Shown here in pieces: positions 12,941-26,700 of a stretch of DNA of 64,000 bases. How positions within the stretch are numbered: the first letter of the stretch is position 1; each line of letters begins with the position of its first letter. Source of the stretch: Eledone cirrhosa (lineage: Eukaryota); assembly GCA_964016885.1 (NCBI GenBank), contig OZ024743.1:46128001-46192000 (forward strand). Direction: 5' to 3'. The position numbers and the translations under genes were made by a program. The notes beneath the pieces are model-generated. The model was not told the DNA's origin. It did not search any database and saw nothing but the letters and a program-made list of their open reading frames with translations.

Positions 12941-13945
12941 CACCAACTTCTATAAGAAAGCTGCCAGCAGAGACGTGTTTGTGCATTATAGATCAGCCCT
13001 TCCTCTTGATGCTAAAACCGGGTGCATAAGAAATGAACTTACGCGTATCCAGAACAAATATAGCAAGACAGAGGACCAGTTCACCCACACTGCACACTTC
13101 ATAGATGTACTGAAGATGAACGGATACCAAAAATCCATAATGAATCGACTTAAGAATCGAAGGCGCCGCAGATATAAGACCTCCTCTAACACCTGCTTCA
13201 TGAAATTACCACATTCCAACGAAAGCATAATCACAGCTATCCGCAGAGCTATCTGCAAAGAAGGACTGGACATACAGTTAGTTCACTCCGACCCTTCACT
13301 GCGTGGATATCTGTCTCAAAAGCAATACAAAGACAACAACAATCAATGTTCACTGACTAACTGTCCTATCCCCGATACAGGTATGTACCAGCGGACACAT
13401 GTGGTATACAGGATTGAATACAACAAATGTAAGGAGTTCTACATTGGTAGCACGACTCAACCACTCCACACTCACATTAAAGAACACCCCCAACACATGC
13501 GCGTCTTCATGCAAAAAACATATTGGCAAATGTAGAAACATCAACCAACATATTACCGTTACCATCAAAGCCAGTGATAGAAATGTGAGCAAGGTAAGAA
13601 TTAAGGAAGCCTTGCTCATACGTAGACTCAACCCACAAATAAATAATAGATTACAACTCAGCACACAGTACTTGACATAAAAAGACACATCCACAGGCAC
13701 ACAAACTAAACATCTTATACACAAAAGAAAATTGATTTCGCGAAATACTATATTGGCAATTGACGAATCCCAAAGAGATTCGTTATTGACGAATCCCAAA
13801 TTGAAACGTTATCCACTGAAGGTTCCTTAAACCCTGATGAAGGGACATTTAGGTCCCGAAATATTGGACAGATAAAAGAATAATAACAACAACAACAACA
13901 ATAACATTTTGCATTGTTTAGCCTTCTATCAGTTTCAACGTTATA
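12941..13945 (+). pseudogene. 5'-truncated PLE (RT C-terminus, GIY-YIG, terminal repeat), related to the 7722-10331 element
   Basis: FYKKAASRDVFVHYRSALP; VVYRIEYNKCKEFYIGSTTQPLHTHIKEH; KEALLIRRLNPQINNR; TA-flanked. Confidence 0.88.
13831..13870 (+). ncRNA. Hammerhead motif in PLE 3' terminal repeat (intact core, decayed cleavage side)
   Basis: CTGATGA-A-GGGAC atttag GTCCC-GAAA-TATTGG. Confidence 0.65.
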
Positions 13946-13946
13946 T

Positions 13947-13981
<35 letters not shown>

Positions 13982-14059
13982 AAATTTCAGGTTATCAATA
14001 ATGTAGTGATAATATATCGTTACGTTAGAGATGAACAGCGTACGTGCAGGTTTGCTCAA

Positions 14060-15967
14060 CGAGTATAAATTATATTCCGGAGAAATGTAGAAAGGATGAA
14101 TATAAAATGAAAGTGCTTTTGTTAAAAAAGGAATTTATTAGGTATTGACATATGTTTCTGTAACAGACCGAATACCTATGTATCGCTGCTTGCGTAATCA
14201 TATAATGTTAGCAAGTATTCGATAGCAAATGTATAATCAGTTGTCACTTCTTCAGAGATTTTGGATAAACTGGATAAAATCAGAAAAATTGAAGTATTTA
14301 TATTAGTAAAAGAGGAAGGAACAGAGGGGATAGAATATGACAGATGGTAAAATAATTTACTGCTAAACAAGTATATAATGGGTTTTTAATGAGAATACCA
14401 TGAGTAAATCTAAATAAGGATTTTGGGAGTGCCGATTTTAATCTCTACTTGACCAACTGGACAGTGGACAGGGCTGGTCATTTGGTGCAGTAGTATTAAT
14501 CATAAAGTGTCAATTGGGGAAGGGGGAGATTTCGATTGCTACTAAATAACATCAATGCTAGTAGTCAGCTGGTATTTCCACTAGGGAATTGAATCAAAAA
14601 ATCAGAAATCTCATTTTATCTATAGCAGTTTGTATTAAAAGGTAAATAATAGAAGAGTTGATAGAATTAAGACTAATAAAGAATGTTCATATCTATTTTG
14701 ACAATCAAACGGGGATAGAGACAGGCGTTCAATCCTGGTAGTATTTATAATATGAAAATGTAGATTTTAAGCGATGGTTACAGTAAAATAAAATGTTTTT
14801 GGATTTCATAATACAAAATAATTCTACATTACATAATTTACAAAATTCCTGTCCATTGGAATATGAGGGGGCAGTCGCTATTATATCCCATTTTAGGTGA
14901 AATTGTTGGTTATTTTCACGCAGCTGCCAAGCCTTGTCTGCGAGTGTTGTTACATAACGCTGGTTTTCATGTTTTATCGAATAACGATGTCTATAAAGGC
15001 GTGATTTAAAGGAGGTGGCTGTAGATCCCACATAGTACCACTTCTGTCTATCCGATTCGATAGTACATTTGTATACGATGTTGCGTTCAAGACACTGATT
15101 GTTCAACGGACACATTCCTTGTTGGACACAGTTGCAATTACAATTTTGCGTTGTTGTATTGCCATGGATGGGTTGATGAGGTTGCTTATGCAGGACAGGA
15201 TGTTGTTTGTTGTTTTGTGATGTTATAGCTAATGTTTTACGTGTATTGTTATGTGTTGGAAGGCGTTTATACAACCGTTTTGCGTTAAGCATTTTTATAT
15301 GTTGTTCAATATTAGGGGCGGTTGAATATGAAAGTCGGATGGTGTTAGGGTTTAAGATTTTATTATATTTATGTGATGTTGGAAAGTGTTTTCTAACTAA
15401 TCGAAAGAATTTTGTGGGTAGATTGGTTTTAATAGATTTGTTATAGACCGGGTTGTACCAGATATACTCCTTACATCGCCTTCTGTTTGGTGGTGTGCGA
15501 CTATTATTGTGTCTATTGCGGTAGTGTATGTATGGTGGTGATTCTGTGCTATTTCTACTCCTATGTGATTTATTTTGGGTGTTTTGGTGATCATTGACTA
15601 TATACTCTATATTATCTAGGTGACCGGCTTTCCTAAGTGCATCATCATAATACTCGGCATGTTCTTTGAAGGTTTGTTGGTTGGACGATAGGCGGGAGAT
15701 TCTAAGAGAAACATTTCTAGGGATGGATTTAATTATAGAGAGTGGATGGTTAGAACTCGTATTTACATATTTAAGGTTCTCATTTAGTTTATGGAACGGT
15801 TTAATCGTATCTGTATTGAGATTGAAAGTAACATCAAGGAAATTGACCTCTTTGAGGTTATATTCAAATGTAATATTTAATCCTAGTTCTTTAAAAAGTT
15901 TTCTGATATTTTTACGCATCCTTTCTAAATTCTGGTTATTCATATTCTTAACTAATAGGAACGCATA
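14060..15967 (-). mobile_element. 5'-truncated PLE of a different family; ORF 14729-15943 = RT C-terminus + GIY-YIG
   Basis: EVNFLDVTFNL, SSNHP, IWYNP, RKHFP, CNCVQQGMCPLNNQCL, NIVYKCTI...WYYVGST...FKSRLYRH; abuts (TA)n at 15968; 3' boundary approximate. Confidence 0.88.
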
Positions 15968-15992
15968 ATATATATATATATATATATATAAA

Positions 15993-16073
<81 letters not shown>

Positions 16074-16719
16074 GGGCTGCTATCATCACTAGGTCAGAAC
16101 CCAATGTGTGTATGTGGGCATGCGTGAGAGTATCTGTGTGTGCAAGTGTCGGTGTGTTTGATGATTTCTTTGTACGCATCAGGAACCGAATACGCAACAA
16201 AATATTCTCCAAAAAAACATGGCAATCTTTGACAATGATGATTCTGAAGAGCTTCCCTAAGGACTGGAAGACTGATTTTATAAAATATTAATTGTCCTGA
16301 ACAAGAAAGCAATGTAGTCAAACTGAAGAAGAAGCACTCCAGACGATTAAAACTGTCTGATATTAAATATATATTGTGGCCTGTCAAACATATCTGGGTA
16401 TTTGCTTTGTTTTTATTTAATTTTTTGTGTTTTATTCGTTGTTGTTTGTTTTTTTTGTTTTTTTTTTACTTTTTTGGTTTGTTTTTTGTTATGTTCCTAT
16501 GTTCCTATTTTCCTATATCATTGATTTCCGAATGAAAGTAATAAATTTTAAAATGAAAGAGATCTATCTCCGAGGATTATATGTAATTCTTTTTCCAATG
16601 ATCTGCACTTAGGCATAGAAAAACAAATGATTATTTAAGCTGTAGAAATTTTCTAAGAAATGTTTATCCTTAACTTACAAAATATTGTTTATATTTTTTT
16701 TCTTTTATAGTTTTTATTA

Positions 16720-17285
16720 GTTTCAGATATTAGACTGCGGTCATACCGAGGCACCACCTCGAAGAAGGGAGTTTTTGTTGATCATATCGACCGAAAAGAT
16801 TTTCTTTCGGATCTAGTACTTAACTTATCGATCTTGGCATATATATAATGTTTCGGACGTTGGTGCCTCATCAGAAGATAGAAATAGAAGAAACAGGCGA
16901 AAATAAGAAAAGAAACGGAAAACAATGTTTCCACTGGATAAAACCAGGCATTTGTCACATATACATGTGTGTGTGTGCGACGGGCTTTTACATTGTTTCC
17001 GTCAACCAGCTTTCGCTCACAAGACATTGGTCAACACGTGTTGTTGAAGGCGCATGGCTTAGTGGTTAGAGCATTGGGCTTGCAATCGAAAGGTTGTGAG
17101 TTCAATTCTCGGACTGGGTGATGTGTTGTTTCCTTGAGCAAGACACTTTATTTCACGTTGCTCCAGTTTACTCAACTGTAGAAATGAGATGATAGGACTG
17201 GGGTCTCTGTCATTAAATTACCCAAGACACCTCCAACGAGATATACCTTGGAGGAGGCCAGCTAAATCTGCATAGGTGTGAGCTG

Positions 17286-17328
<43 letters not shown>

Positions 17329-17410
17329 ACTAGAGTAGTCACTTGCACAATCGGGACTTATGCCGAAACCACATGATTGCGAATCGAAATCTTTAATCAC
17401 ACAGCCATGT
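16720..17410 (-). mobile_element. Old SINE-like repeat, family 3, interrupted by the SINE at 17045
   Basis: Segments match 46505-46965 in reverse (GACGGAAAC...AAGCCCGTC; GCAGTCTA). Confidence 0.6.
17045..17200 (+). mobile_element. tRNA-derived SINE, family 1
   Basis: TGGCTTAGTGG (A box) and GAGTTCAATTC (B box) followed by TCCTTGAGCAAGACACTTTATTTCACGTTGCTCCAG. Confidence 0.8.
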
Positions 17411-17803
17411 AGATCTGTTTTCCACTGATGTACACAAAGGATTAAACCGTATAACTTAGAAAATGTGTTTTGTTTTAATGTGTACTTTTTGACTAATGTC
17501 CCCTGTAACTATTACTTGATGATGACGTTCAGAATAATTTAATGTATTTTATTCACCCTACACTCATATCTTTCAGAATTGCGGCTGTCACTTGAGATAA
17601 ATTACTTTTGATTTCTATGTTTTAATAGAAATTTGATGAATTAAAAATAGTTTACATCAGAAATGATAAAGTGCACATGTGTATCATCGTTCATAAATAA
17701 ATATAACAGCGCTCAACTCACACTTTAATCATTTCTGGTAGCTGATCTTTGGGTGTTGTTCTTGTTCGTGTTGTTGTTCTTGTTCTTCTTCTTATTATTA
17801 TTA

Positions 17804-17835
<32 letters not shown>

Positions 17836-18027
17836 GGCGACCTACTTAGTAAATCGTATCATCGTGAGCTCCGCAAAGGTTTGTTATTTCCGTTTGTTAA
17901 AAATTGTCATTTATGGAAAATTTTATTGTTAACTGTTTATAAGCGCACATACATTGTTTTCCGAAAAGGACACCCAAAAAGATTGGGGCCTTGTGCCCAA
18001 AATTTTAACTTTTATTATTATCCAAAA

Positions 18028-20051
18028 ATGTCTTTGAAAAAAAATGGCTAATTCCCCTCTGCACGAAGCAGCTGAAAGCCTTCCTCACAAAATAACACCT
18101 CACACCGACACCACCATTGTAAATGTTACTACGTTTGCCAACACAAAAAAAAATATAAGCAGTAGCAATATTTTAAATTTGTCTCAAGCAGACATTCATT
18201 TCCCGCCTTTACCAATGACTGCAGGTGTTAAAGCCTCCACCACCACCACCACCACCGCGACAACCACCACCCCCACCACCACCGCGACAACAGAAACAAA
18301 AGAAGAAAAAATAAATTAACTCGTGATGTCGAAATGAAATCAAGCAAAATGGACTCTTCCGCACCAAAGACGAATGACGTCACCACCACCACAACTGAAA
18401 CAAAAATTAAGATTAACACAAATAACGATAGCAACAACAACAACAATGACATTATAAAACCGACCCTCAGTTTCGCCATCGTAGCAAAACAATTCGAAGC
18501 GTTCACGGTAACTCAAGAAGATTTAGAAAATGCCAAACAAATGGTAAAGAAAGATGTGTACAGGTTCAGCCTCACCCCCCCCCCCCCCCCCCCACCTAAT
18601 AAAATGGAGCATCGGCGCCTGTGCACCGTGTCGTATAGAACAATAAATGTAAAATCGCGCCGAGTGGAACGGGCATCCGAGTCCCAAATCCAAAAAGCTT
18701 TGGGACATGTGTGGGCAAGAAAAACCCACATCAGACGTGAGCAAAAGTATGGAACCGTGGATGTGTTCTTTGAAACACCAGAGGAGGCTAGAGAACACTC
18801 CATGGCCCCATTAAAAAGTGACGACCTCACACTCGTCCCAAGCTATTGTGGCCAGAGACTCGTAAAGATCAGGGTGACCCACGTTCCACCGGCCATCGAA
18901 ATTCCCTGGCTAATAGCGGCTGTCCTCGCCGGCATCGAAGCCAACACGAAAATAATAGCAGTAGCAAAAGAAAAGCAGGAGAACTGGTCCGGATCTGGGA
19001 TGGAGGTCCTGATCCAAGCGGACCAAAAAAGCATTGAGGAGATCCCAGAGGTAACAGACCTCACTGACGGCAGCCACCTCACGGTAATTGTCGAGGGCAG
19101 AAGACCTAGGTGTGTCGTTTGTGGTGAAGGAACCCACCTAAGGGCTTTCTGCCCTCAGGCTAAAAGGTTGAAGCCACCTCTCCTACCCACCCCAGTGACA
19201 CAACCATCAACACCACCAGTAGCAGAGATGGCAGCAACAACTGTAGCAGCAACAACAGAAGCAACTATAACAGCAACAACCCCAGCAACAGTAGCAAAAC
19301 CAACACCACTACCACCACCAGCAAAACCAACACCACCACCACCCAACGCTTCAGAACTAGCACCAGCGCCTACACCATCCACCACACCACAACCAAAACT
19401 AACGGCTGTGGAGGATTTTCCACTCCCCGGCCTATCACAACTGGAGACAGATTGTGACGACGAGGAGTGGGAAACGATATCCGGAAAAAAAAAAAGAGAC
19501 CAAAAAAGAAAAAATTCTCTTCCTTCCCCCTCCAAAAACAAAATACAGAGGGAAACAAATAAACTAAGAAACAAAAAAGTTAGGACAGATATGCCACCAT
19601 CCACACCAGCATCACCAACCCCATCAACCCAAACACCAACACCATCACCATCATTAACTCCAACACCACCATCACCTACACCACAAAAGTCACCAAAATG
19701 CGAAACAGAAACAAACCCACAACAAACGCAAACAAAACAAAACAACCAAAACGATACACACTACACAGCATTAAATTTGAACAACAAGCAATTATTACAC
19801 TACATCCAACACAACACCAGCATCACAGAAAAAGACTACACAACAACCCCAAAATTCACACCACCTCCACACATACAAATCACTCGCATCACACAGAAAA
19901 CGTACATGACACTAAAACAAAAATTCCCCAAAGACATCGGAGATTCCGACAAGCACTCTCCAGGAGGATTTATAAGGACATCCTTCCTGAGGAGGCCACA
20001 AGCAGTGAAAAGGATGGAAAAGCCGTCCTTCCCCTACGAGAAGTAAGGTAA
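18028..20051 (+). pseudogene. Tx1 family A ORF1 (gag-like CCHC knuckle), frameshifted at both ends
   Basis: GRRPRCVVCGEGTHLRAFC; Pro/Thr-rich C-terminus; native end PLREVR* by comparison with copy 2. Confidence 0.8.
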
Positions 20052-20085
20052 GTGGTCTTTCCCATCTTTTCCACTCCTTTTCAAC

Positions 20086-23000
20086 ATGACCTCACTCAGA
20101 ATAGGCAGCATAAATGCGCGTGGCTTGGGGTCGTCATGGAAGCAGCGCCACCTGCTCAACGACCTCAGGTCACTAAACATAGATGTAGTGGCCATCAGCG
20201 AGACCAGAATCTCCGAAGCACAGGCTTTCGCACCGATCTTAGGCGGCTACGATGTGTACGCATCTCCCAGCCGTCCGGGATCGGGGGGAGGAGTTGCTGT
20301 GCTTTTTCGGAGAGGTTTGGATCTTGCCATACGGGCCATCTTCCTGGACCCAGAAGGTAAGTTGGTGGTGCTGGACGTGACCAGCGGAGACGGGCAAGCT
20401 TTCAGGTTAGTGGCCGTCTATGCCCCGACAGGTGCAGGGCGGCCTGATTTCTTCCGGCGTCTGGAGACCTTTCTTGGAACGTCCCGCTCTTTAGTGTTAG
20501 TGGGCGACTGGAGCGGGATCTTAGATGCACGCTGGGATTGTGTGGGATTAGTGGATAGGGAAGGAGGGTGCAAGAGTCTCACCAACCTGCTCAGACGTTT
20601 TGAACTGTCTGACAGGTACCGAATGGATTTCCCGAATGTACCAATGTGGACTTGGACAAATCGCATAGGGTCATCCAGATCATATCTAGATAGAGTATTT
20701 TGTAGGGAAATAGATAGGTCTAGCATAGGCTGTCCACAATTCAAGATAGTCAGCTACACGGACCACAAATTCGTGATCTGTGTGCTTGACTTAGATAGGC
20801 TTCATAGACCAGGACCCGGCTACTGGAAGCTAAACGCGTCCTTACCAGCGCGCAAGGCCTACAGAGACCGGATTAGCGAACTAGTTAAGCGGGCGTTGAC
20901 GGGGGCCATCGTCAACAACAAGTGGTGGTTTGCTCTGAAAAGAGCAATTAGAATAGAGTCCATTAGGTTTAGTAAGACTTTAGCAATAGAGAAAAATAGA
21001 GCAGAGGGAGAACTAGTTAGAAAATTAGACGAGGCGCTTAGCAAAGGCATCGCGACCGACGTACTTGCGGCGAAATTGGCCCTTGACCTTCAATGCAAAG
21101 CACGAAGGCTGCGTTGTCAGAGCTAGGGTGCGTGCTCTCAGACACGAGGGGACGAAAGCCGTTCAATGGGCCCGAGTGGCGGAGGCGCGTCGTGGCAACG
21201 AAGCCACGATCCGGTCTTTGGTGGACCACGACGGACGCATGCTACTCGATCCCGGGCAAATGTGTGAAGCTTTTCAGCGACACTTCGCTCAACTGTTCGG
21301 GGGAAGTGGCGGGCCGGATCGAGGGATGGACTTTAGTGTCTACCTCGACGGACTGCTGCAGCTTTCGGCCACTGAGGCGTAGTGTTGCGAAAAGCCGATA
21401 ACAACCGCTGAAGTACGGGATGCAATGACTAGTTGCACAAGGGGTAAATCGCCTGGTTTGGATGGTCTGCCCTATGAACTTTACGTACAAATGCCAAACT
21501 TGTTCGGAGGCCTCTTGGCGGACGTCTACTGCAACTGGCAACAGAACGGGAGAATTCCCAGCTGTGTGAGCCGAGGAGCGGTGGCGCTGCTGAGAAAGGA
21601 TCCGAACAAGGGGGATAACATAGATAATTTTAGGCCCATAACTCTGCTAAACACAGAGTTCAAGATTTTGGCCAAGGTGCTAGCAAAGAGGTTGGCGCTT
21701 GTCGTTGGTGGTCTGGTGGGAGAGGCACAGACATGCACCATTCCCGACAGATCCATCCACGACAACCTCCACCTCATGCGATACATCGTAGAGAGGGTAG
21801 CTAGGGAACCTGGCACGGGTGGGTCTTTGATCAATTTAGATCAGTCGAAAGCCTTCGATAGGGTCTACCATCGTTACCTAACGGCAGTCCTGAGGGCGGC
21901 TGGCTTTGGGCCCGTCTTCAGAGGCTGGATCGCTGCCATGCACAGCGACATCTGCTCTGTAGTGAGAGTGAACGGTCACCTTTCGGAACCGTTCAACATC
22001 ATGCGCTCGGTCCGCCAAGGATGTCCCCTCTCGTCTCTATTGTACGTATTGACTCTCGAGCCATTACTGCACAAACTGGAGACGTTGAGGGGGGTCCCGC
22101 GCGAACAAGGATGCGGAAGATCCGTGTCAGCATATGCGGACGATGTCACCGTAGTGGTGTCGAACGCCAAACACATCGAGGCGATCGGCACTACACTAAG
22201 AGAATACGAAGCGGTGACAGGAGCAATGATCAACCAGGAAAAGTCAGTGGGCCTGCAGCTCGGCACCTGGAGAGGCAGGTCCATGCCGTCCAACAGCGTC
22301 GTCGGGCGCTGGACGGACGGACCGGTTAAATTGCTAGGGGTCTGGTTCGGTCCAGACCTCCAGACGGACAAAAACTGGGACGAGGTGACGAGCAGGGTGG
22401 CTTCTCTCACCCAGAAATGGGCCGAGAGGAAGCTATCCCTGAAAGGTCGAGCGGAGGTGGCGAATGCGTACATCGCATCCGTCATCTACTACCGCCTGAC
22501 CGTCGTACCTTGTCCTAAGCCCCGCCTGACTGCGCTGGAGCGTTTGCTCTTTCGCTTCTTGTGGAAGGGACGCGCTCCGATGGTCAGGCGGTCCATCTGC
22601 TGTCAACACCCGCTACGTGGAGGGCTGGACATGCTGTGGCTGATGATGCGCAGACACGCGCTCAGGCTACGACATCTCCACCTCTTCCTCGACGGTGATC
22701 AGGTGTGGTCGCCGTTTGCAAGACACGTTTTTCCCCAGCTCGTCTCCTTGACGGAGCTGCAGTCCTGGGTCAAGCGAAGACCGAGAGGGAGCGCTTGGAG
22801 ACTGGAATGTCTTCAGGCGCTCACAGCCCTCGACCAATCGGGCAATGTGATCGGTGGAAACTCCACCTTGGCGTTCTACAGGGGATTAGTGGAGGGGAAG
22901 AGCGATGACGTACTTGGAGAAACTCTAGGCGTCGACGAAAATCAACTAGCCAATCTCTTCGGAAGGACTTTCGGGCCGGGGCCTATGGACAACTTCCAGA

Positions 23001-23500
23001 AATCCCTGGCCTGGCAGTGCTACCGAGGAGCTTTGCCAGTTCGGGATAAACTCTACAGGCATGGAGGTGCCGTCAGCCGGGCATGTCCGAGATGCGCGCA
23101 GGGCGACGAAACCGTCCTGCACGCACTCGTCCAGTGTCCGAGCATTGCTGACTTGTGGGTTTATGTCGAACACCTGCTGTCACGTGTAGGACGAATCCAG
23201 CTATCAGCTGAGTCCATCGTGAGGATTGCCCCGCCCCCTTCCTTTAGCCTGGAAGGGCAGGCAGTTTTTATCTGTCTGGTGGCCATGGCGAAAGAGATAG
23301 TATGGTGGACACGTTTGAAAGGGCTGAAGACGAGCACTTACCTCTTCGGTGATGCCCTGATTAACTTTTTCAAATTTCATTTGAAAAGGAAAATCAGGGT
23401 AGAGAGGGAAGTGCTCTCTTCCCAGCATTTTGTTGAAAGATGGGTGAGAGAAGCAAGTGTGGCCCGAATGAATGGGCCTTCTCTGAGTATGTGTCTGTAA
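20086..23500 (+). pseudogene. Tx1 ORF2 (APE endonuclease, RT, zinc finger) with a 5-nt deletion near 21089 and a stop at 21380
   Basis: SINARGL, ISET, VYAP, GDW, YLDR, TDHK, KSPGLDGL, FRPITLLN, LDQSKAFD, RQGCPLS, AYADD, CPRC...ETVLHALVQC. Confidence 0.93.
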
Positions 23501-23762
23501 ATTAAAGGTGGAAAACTGGGAGAGGGCACTTGCCCTGGTGGTCAGGGCCACTGTGGTCTTTTAATGGTCTTTCTCCACAAATGTCCCTTGGAAGTCTCCC
23601 CCCTATTGGGGAATTTTTCTTTGTTATTTTATTTCAACCTCTGTTTTTTTACACGCAGAAATGCCCATTTGTACCGTCCTGTATTGTCCTGTACTGTCCT
23701 TAATGTCTACTTTATGTGAACCCTTGTGGTTAATAAAGAAAACATTATTATTATTATTATTA

Positions 23763-26700
23763 TATTTGCATTTATCTTGCTTTATGTTTATACGAGTTAT
23801 CACCAAGTCACAACCAGTGACCTCAAGAGACAACAAGGTCCGCCATGTTCAAGAAAGAACACACATATTCACACATGCATCCTTAGTGTTTAGACTTGTG
23901 ATGTACTTATATTGACAGGATCTTCCTTAGTATATGGGCAGTTCCCATTAGTACTATCTTTTGTATTTCTCCTATACGCGGGTTTCCTGGGATTTGCGAT
24001 AAGTAGTCGTTAGACCCCTTAGGTATCATTCCCAGAGCGCCTACAACCACTGGTATTGTTTTAGTTCTCAATTTCCACATTTTTACAATTTCTATCTCCA
24101 GGTCCTTATACTTGCTCAATTTTTCAAATGTTTTTATAGATACATTCTTGTCTATTGGAACAGACATATCAATTAGCAGGCATACCCTCCTTTGAAAGTC
24201 CTTCAATATTATATCAGGTCTATTTGCATCTATTTTTCGGTCTGTTTGGATGCTAAAGTTCCACAAGATTGAGATGTGATCTTTTTCAAGTATGGGAGGT
24301 GGTTGATGCTCCCACCAATTCTTTTGATGGGGCAGGTCAAAATGCTTACACATTATCCAATGTATGTATTGTGCAGCTCTGTCATGCCTGTTTAGGTATT
24401 CGGTTGGAGCTATAGGACTGCACATTGAAATTATATGGTCAATGGTCTCTGGTTGTTTTTTGCATACACGGCATAATGGGCTGCACCCATTTTTTATTAT
24501 GTTGGCTTGGTAATTTTTTGTTGGCAGACACTGATCTTGTGCGGATATAATCAGTCCTTCAGTCTCCGATTTCAGTCCAGAGGATGCCAACCACTGATGG
24601 GTTAAAGTTTTGTCAACATCAGGATTGTTAGCTCGCTCTGGGTATTTTCCATACAGAGGCTTTTCTTGCCATTTCTTAGCCAGTTTCTGTAGAAGTTCTT
24701 TCTTTGCAGTTACTTTTACCTGCTTTGCTTTTTCTGTGTTTTCCATTTCAGCAGTAAATGGGACTTCTGAAATTTGTAGTCCATTACTATATCTTTGTGC
24801 ATCTTTTGTAATGGAATATGATCTTTTGGTGCTTTCGTGTTTGAAAACGAGTTTGATCATCCAATCATGTGATTCCCTTAGATATGTGGATAATCCAATT
24901 GTTGCAGTTTTCAACGCAATGTCTAACTGGATTAACCCACGTCCTCCTTCTTTCCTAGGGAGATATATTCTATCTATGTCTGCCTTAGGGTGATGCATTC
25001 TGTGCATGGTTAAGAATTTTCGGATTTTTGTATCGAGCCTACGGATCTCTGTGCTTGACCAGTTGATGACATTGTAACTGTAGGTTACTACTGGTATGGC
25101 AAGCGTGTTTATGGCATCGATCCTATTCCTTGCATTCAATTCCGTTCTTAAGATTGCTCTGACTCTGCGGTAACATTCCTTCCTTATCCTTTCCCTCATT
25201 GTCGAGTGCTTGATTCCGTCTCCTTCACAAACACCTAGATATTTGTAAGTTTGTTCTTGATCAAGCTCTCTTATCACGTTCCCCCGATCAAGATTAATGT
25301 CTGAACTCTTCAGCAGCTTTCCTCTGGTGAACGTTGCTTTGGCGCATTTATCCAGTCCAAACTCCATTTTAATGTCATCACTGAACTGCTTCACAGTGGA
25401 TAATAGCCCTTGCAATTGTTCATCATTTTTTGCAAATAGTTTCAGGTCATCCATGTAGAACAGGTGATTAATGGTTTTGTCATAGACTCTATATCCATGT
25501 TTTGTTTCATTGAGCATTTTACTTAATGGTATAAGTGCGATGCAGAATAAAAGCGGTGATAAAGAGTCACCCTGAAAAATTCCACAATTAATGTTAACTT
25601 CTCCAGCTTCCAGTGATTTTGTTTCACTATTCAAAAGGAGTGTCGTTCTCCATGTCCTCATGCTGAATGACAAAAACCTCCTGATAACGGGGGATATTTT
25701 GAAAATCTCTAAACATTTTTCAATCCAACTGTGTGGCAAACTATCAAATGCTTTTTTATAATCTATCCAAGCAATCGATAGATTTTTGTGTCTATTATGA
25801 CAATCTTCCAGTATCATTTTGTTAACCAGAAGCTGATCCTTACAGCCATATGAGCCTCGTTTACACCCTTTCTGCTCAATGGGAAATAGGTCATTTGTTA
25901 TCAGGTGGTCATATGTGTATTCAGTTAGGACTGATGTTAAAATTTTATACATTGTGGTCAAGCAGGTTATCGGTCTGTAATTTTTGGGATTGTTTGTCTC
26001 ATCATTCTTCGGTAGCAGGAATGTAATGCCGTTAACTAGCCATGATGGTATCTTTTCTGGCTCCTTAACTATTTCATTGTAAAGTTGGGCTAACAGCTCA
26101 TGAGACTCTGTGAAGGCATTTATCCAAAAGTTTTGTATTTTGTCTTTTCCTGGGGATTTCCATTTGCTGGTTTTTCTTAGAGCCAAGCGCAGCTGTTCAA
26201 CTGTTATATTTTCCCATGTTTGTTCTTCAAGGTGAGCTGTTTCTTTCATTTGTCTGTCTAACCATGGGGCATGTATGTTATGAACTTTTTCTTCGGCCCA
26301 GATCTTTTCCCAGAATTCTTGCACTTCCTCCTTGGGTGGTATTGATTTAGCAGTTATTGTTGACTTACCAATTTTTCTGTAGAAGTTTCTTTGGTTGTTT
26401 TTGAACATATTATTGTCCTTATAGAATCTAGATCGTTTTTCAAAGCGCCTTATACGAGCAGCTATGGCCGACACTTTTTGCTTGATTGTTTCTATCAGCA
26501 TGTCTATGTCACATGTTGATCTTATACTGTACTTTTTTTTCAATTTTCTAAGTTTAGTTTGTTTAACATGTTCACCTACTTTATAGTTTGTTAAAATTTC
26601 TATGTCAGATCGGAGAAGGTTTATTTGGCGATTGATGTTATCTTGCCAAGTAGATTTCTTGTGGGAATTCCTTTGTTTTTTCATCTTCACTCCACATAAG

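Larger units (their letters stand above)
17836..23743 (+). mobile_element. Tx1-like LINE, family A copy 1, full length, between (ATT)n tracts
   Basis: (ATT)n 17792-17835 and 23744-23762; AATAAA at 23732; ORF1 + APE/RT ORF2. Confidence 0.92.

Noticed and set aside
17045-17120. Possible tRNA gene (also 3520-3598 and 52725-52810)
   Set aside because: A/B boxes run into shared SINE bodies; no convincing cloverleaf
20418-22485. Antisense ORFs recurring in Tx1 copies (108, 102 and 169 aa)
   Set aside because: Shadows of GC-rich ORF2; they recur only because the copies are near-identical
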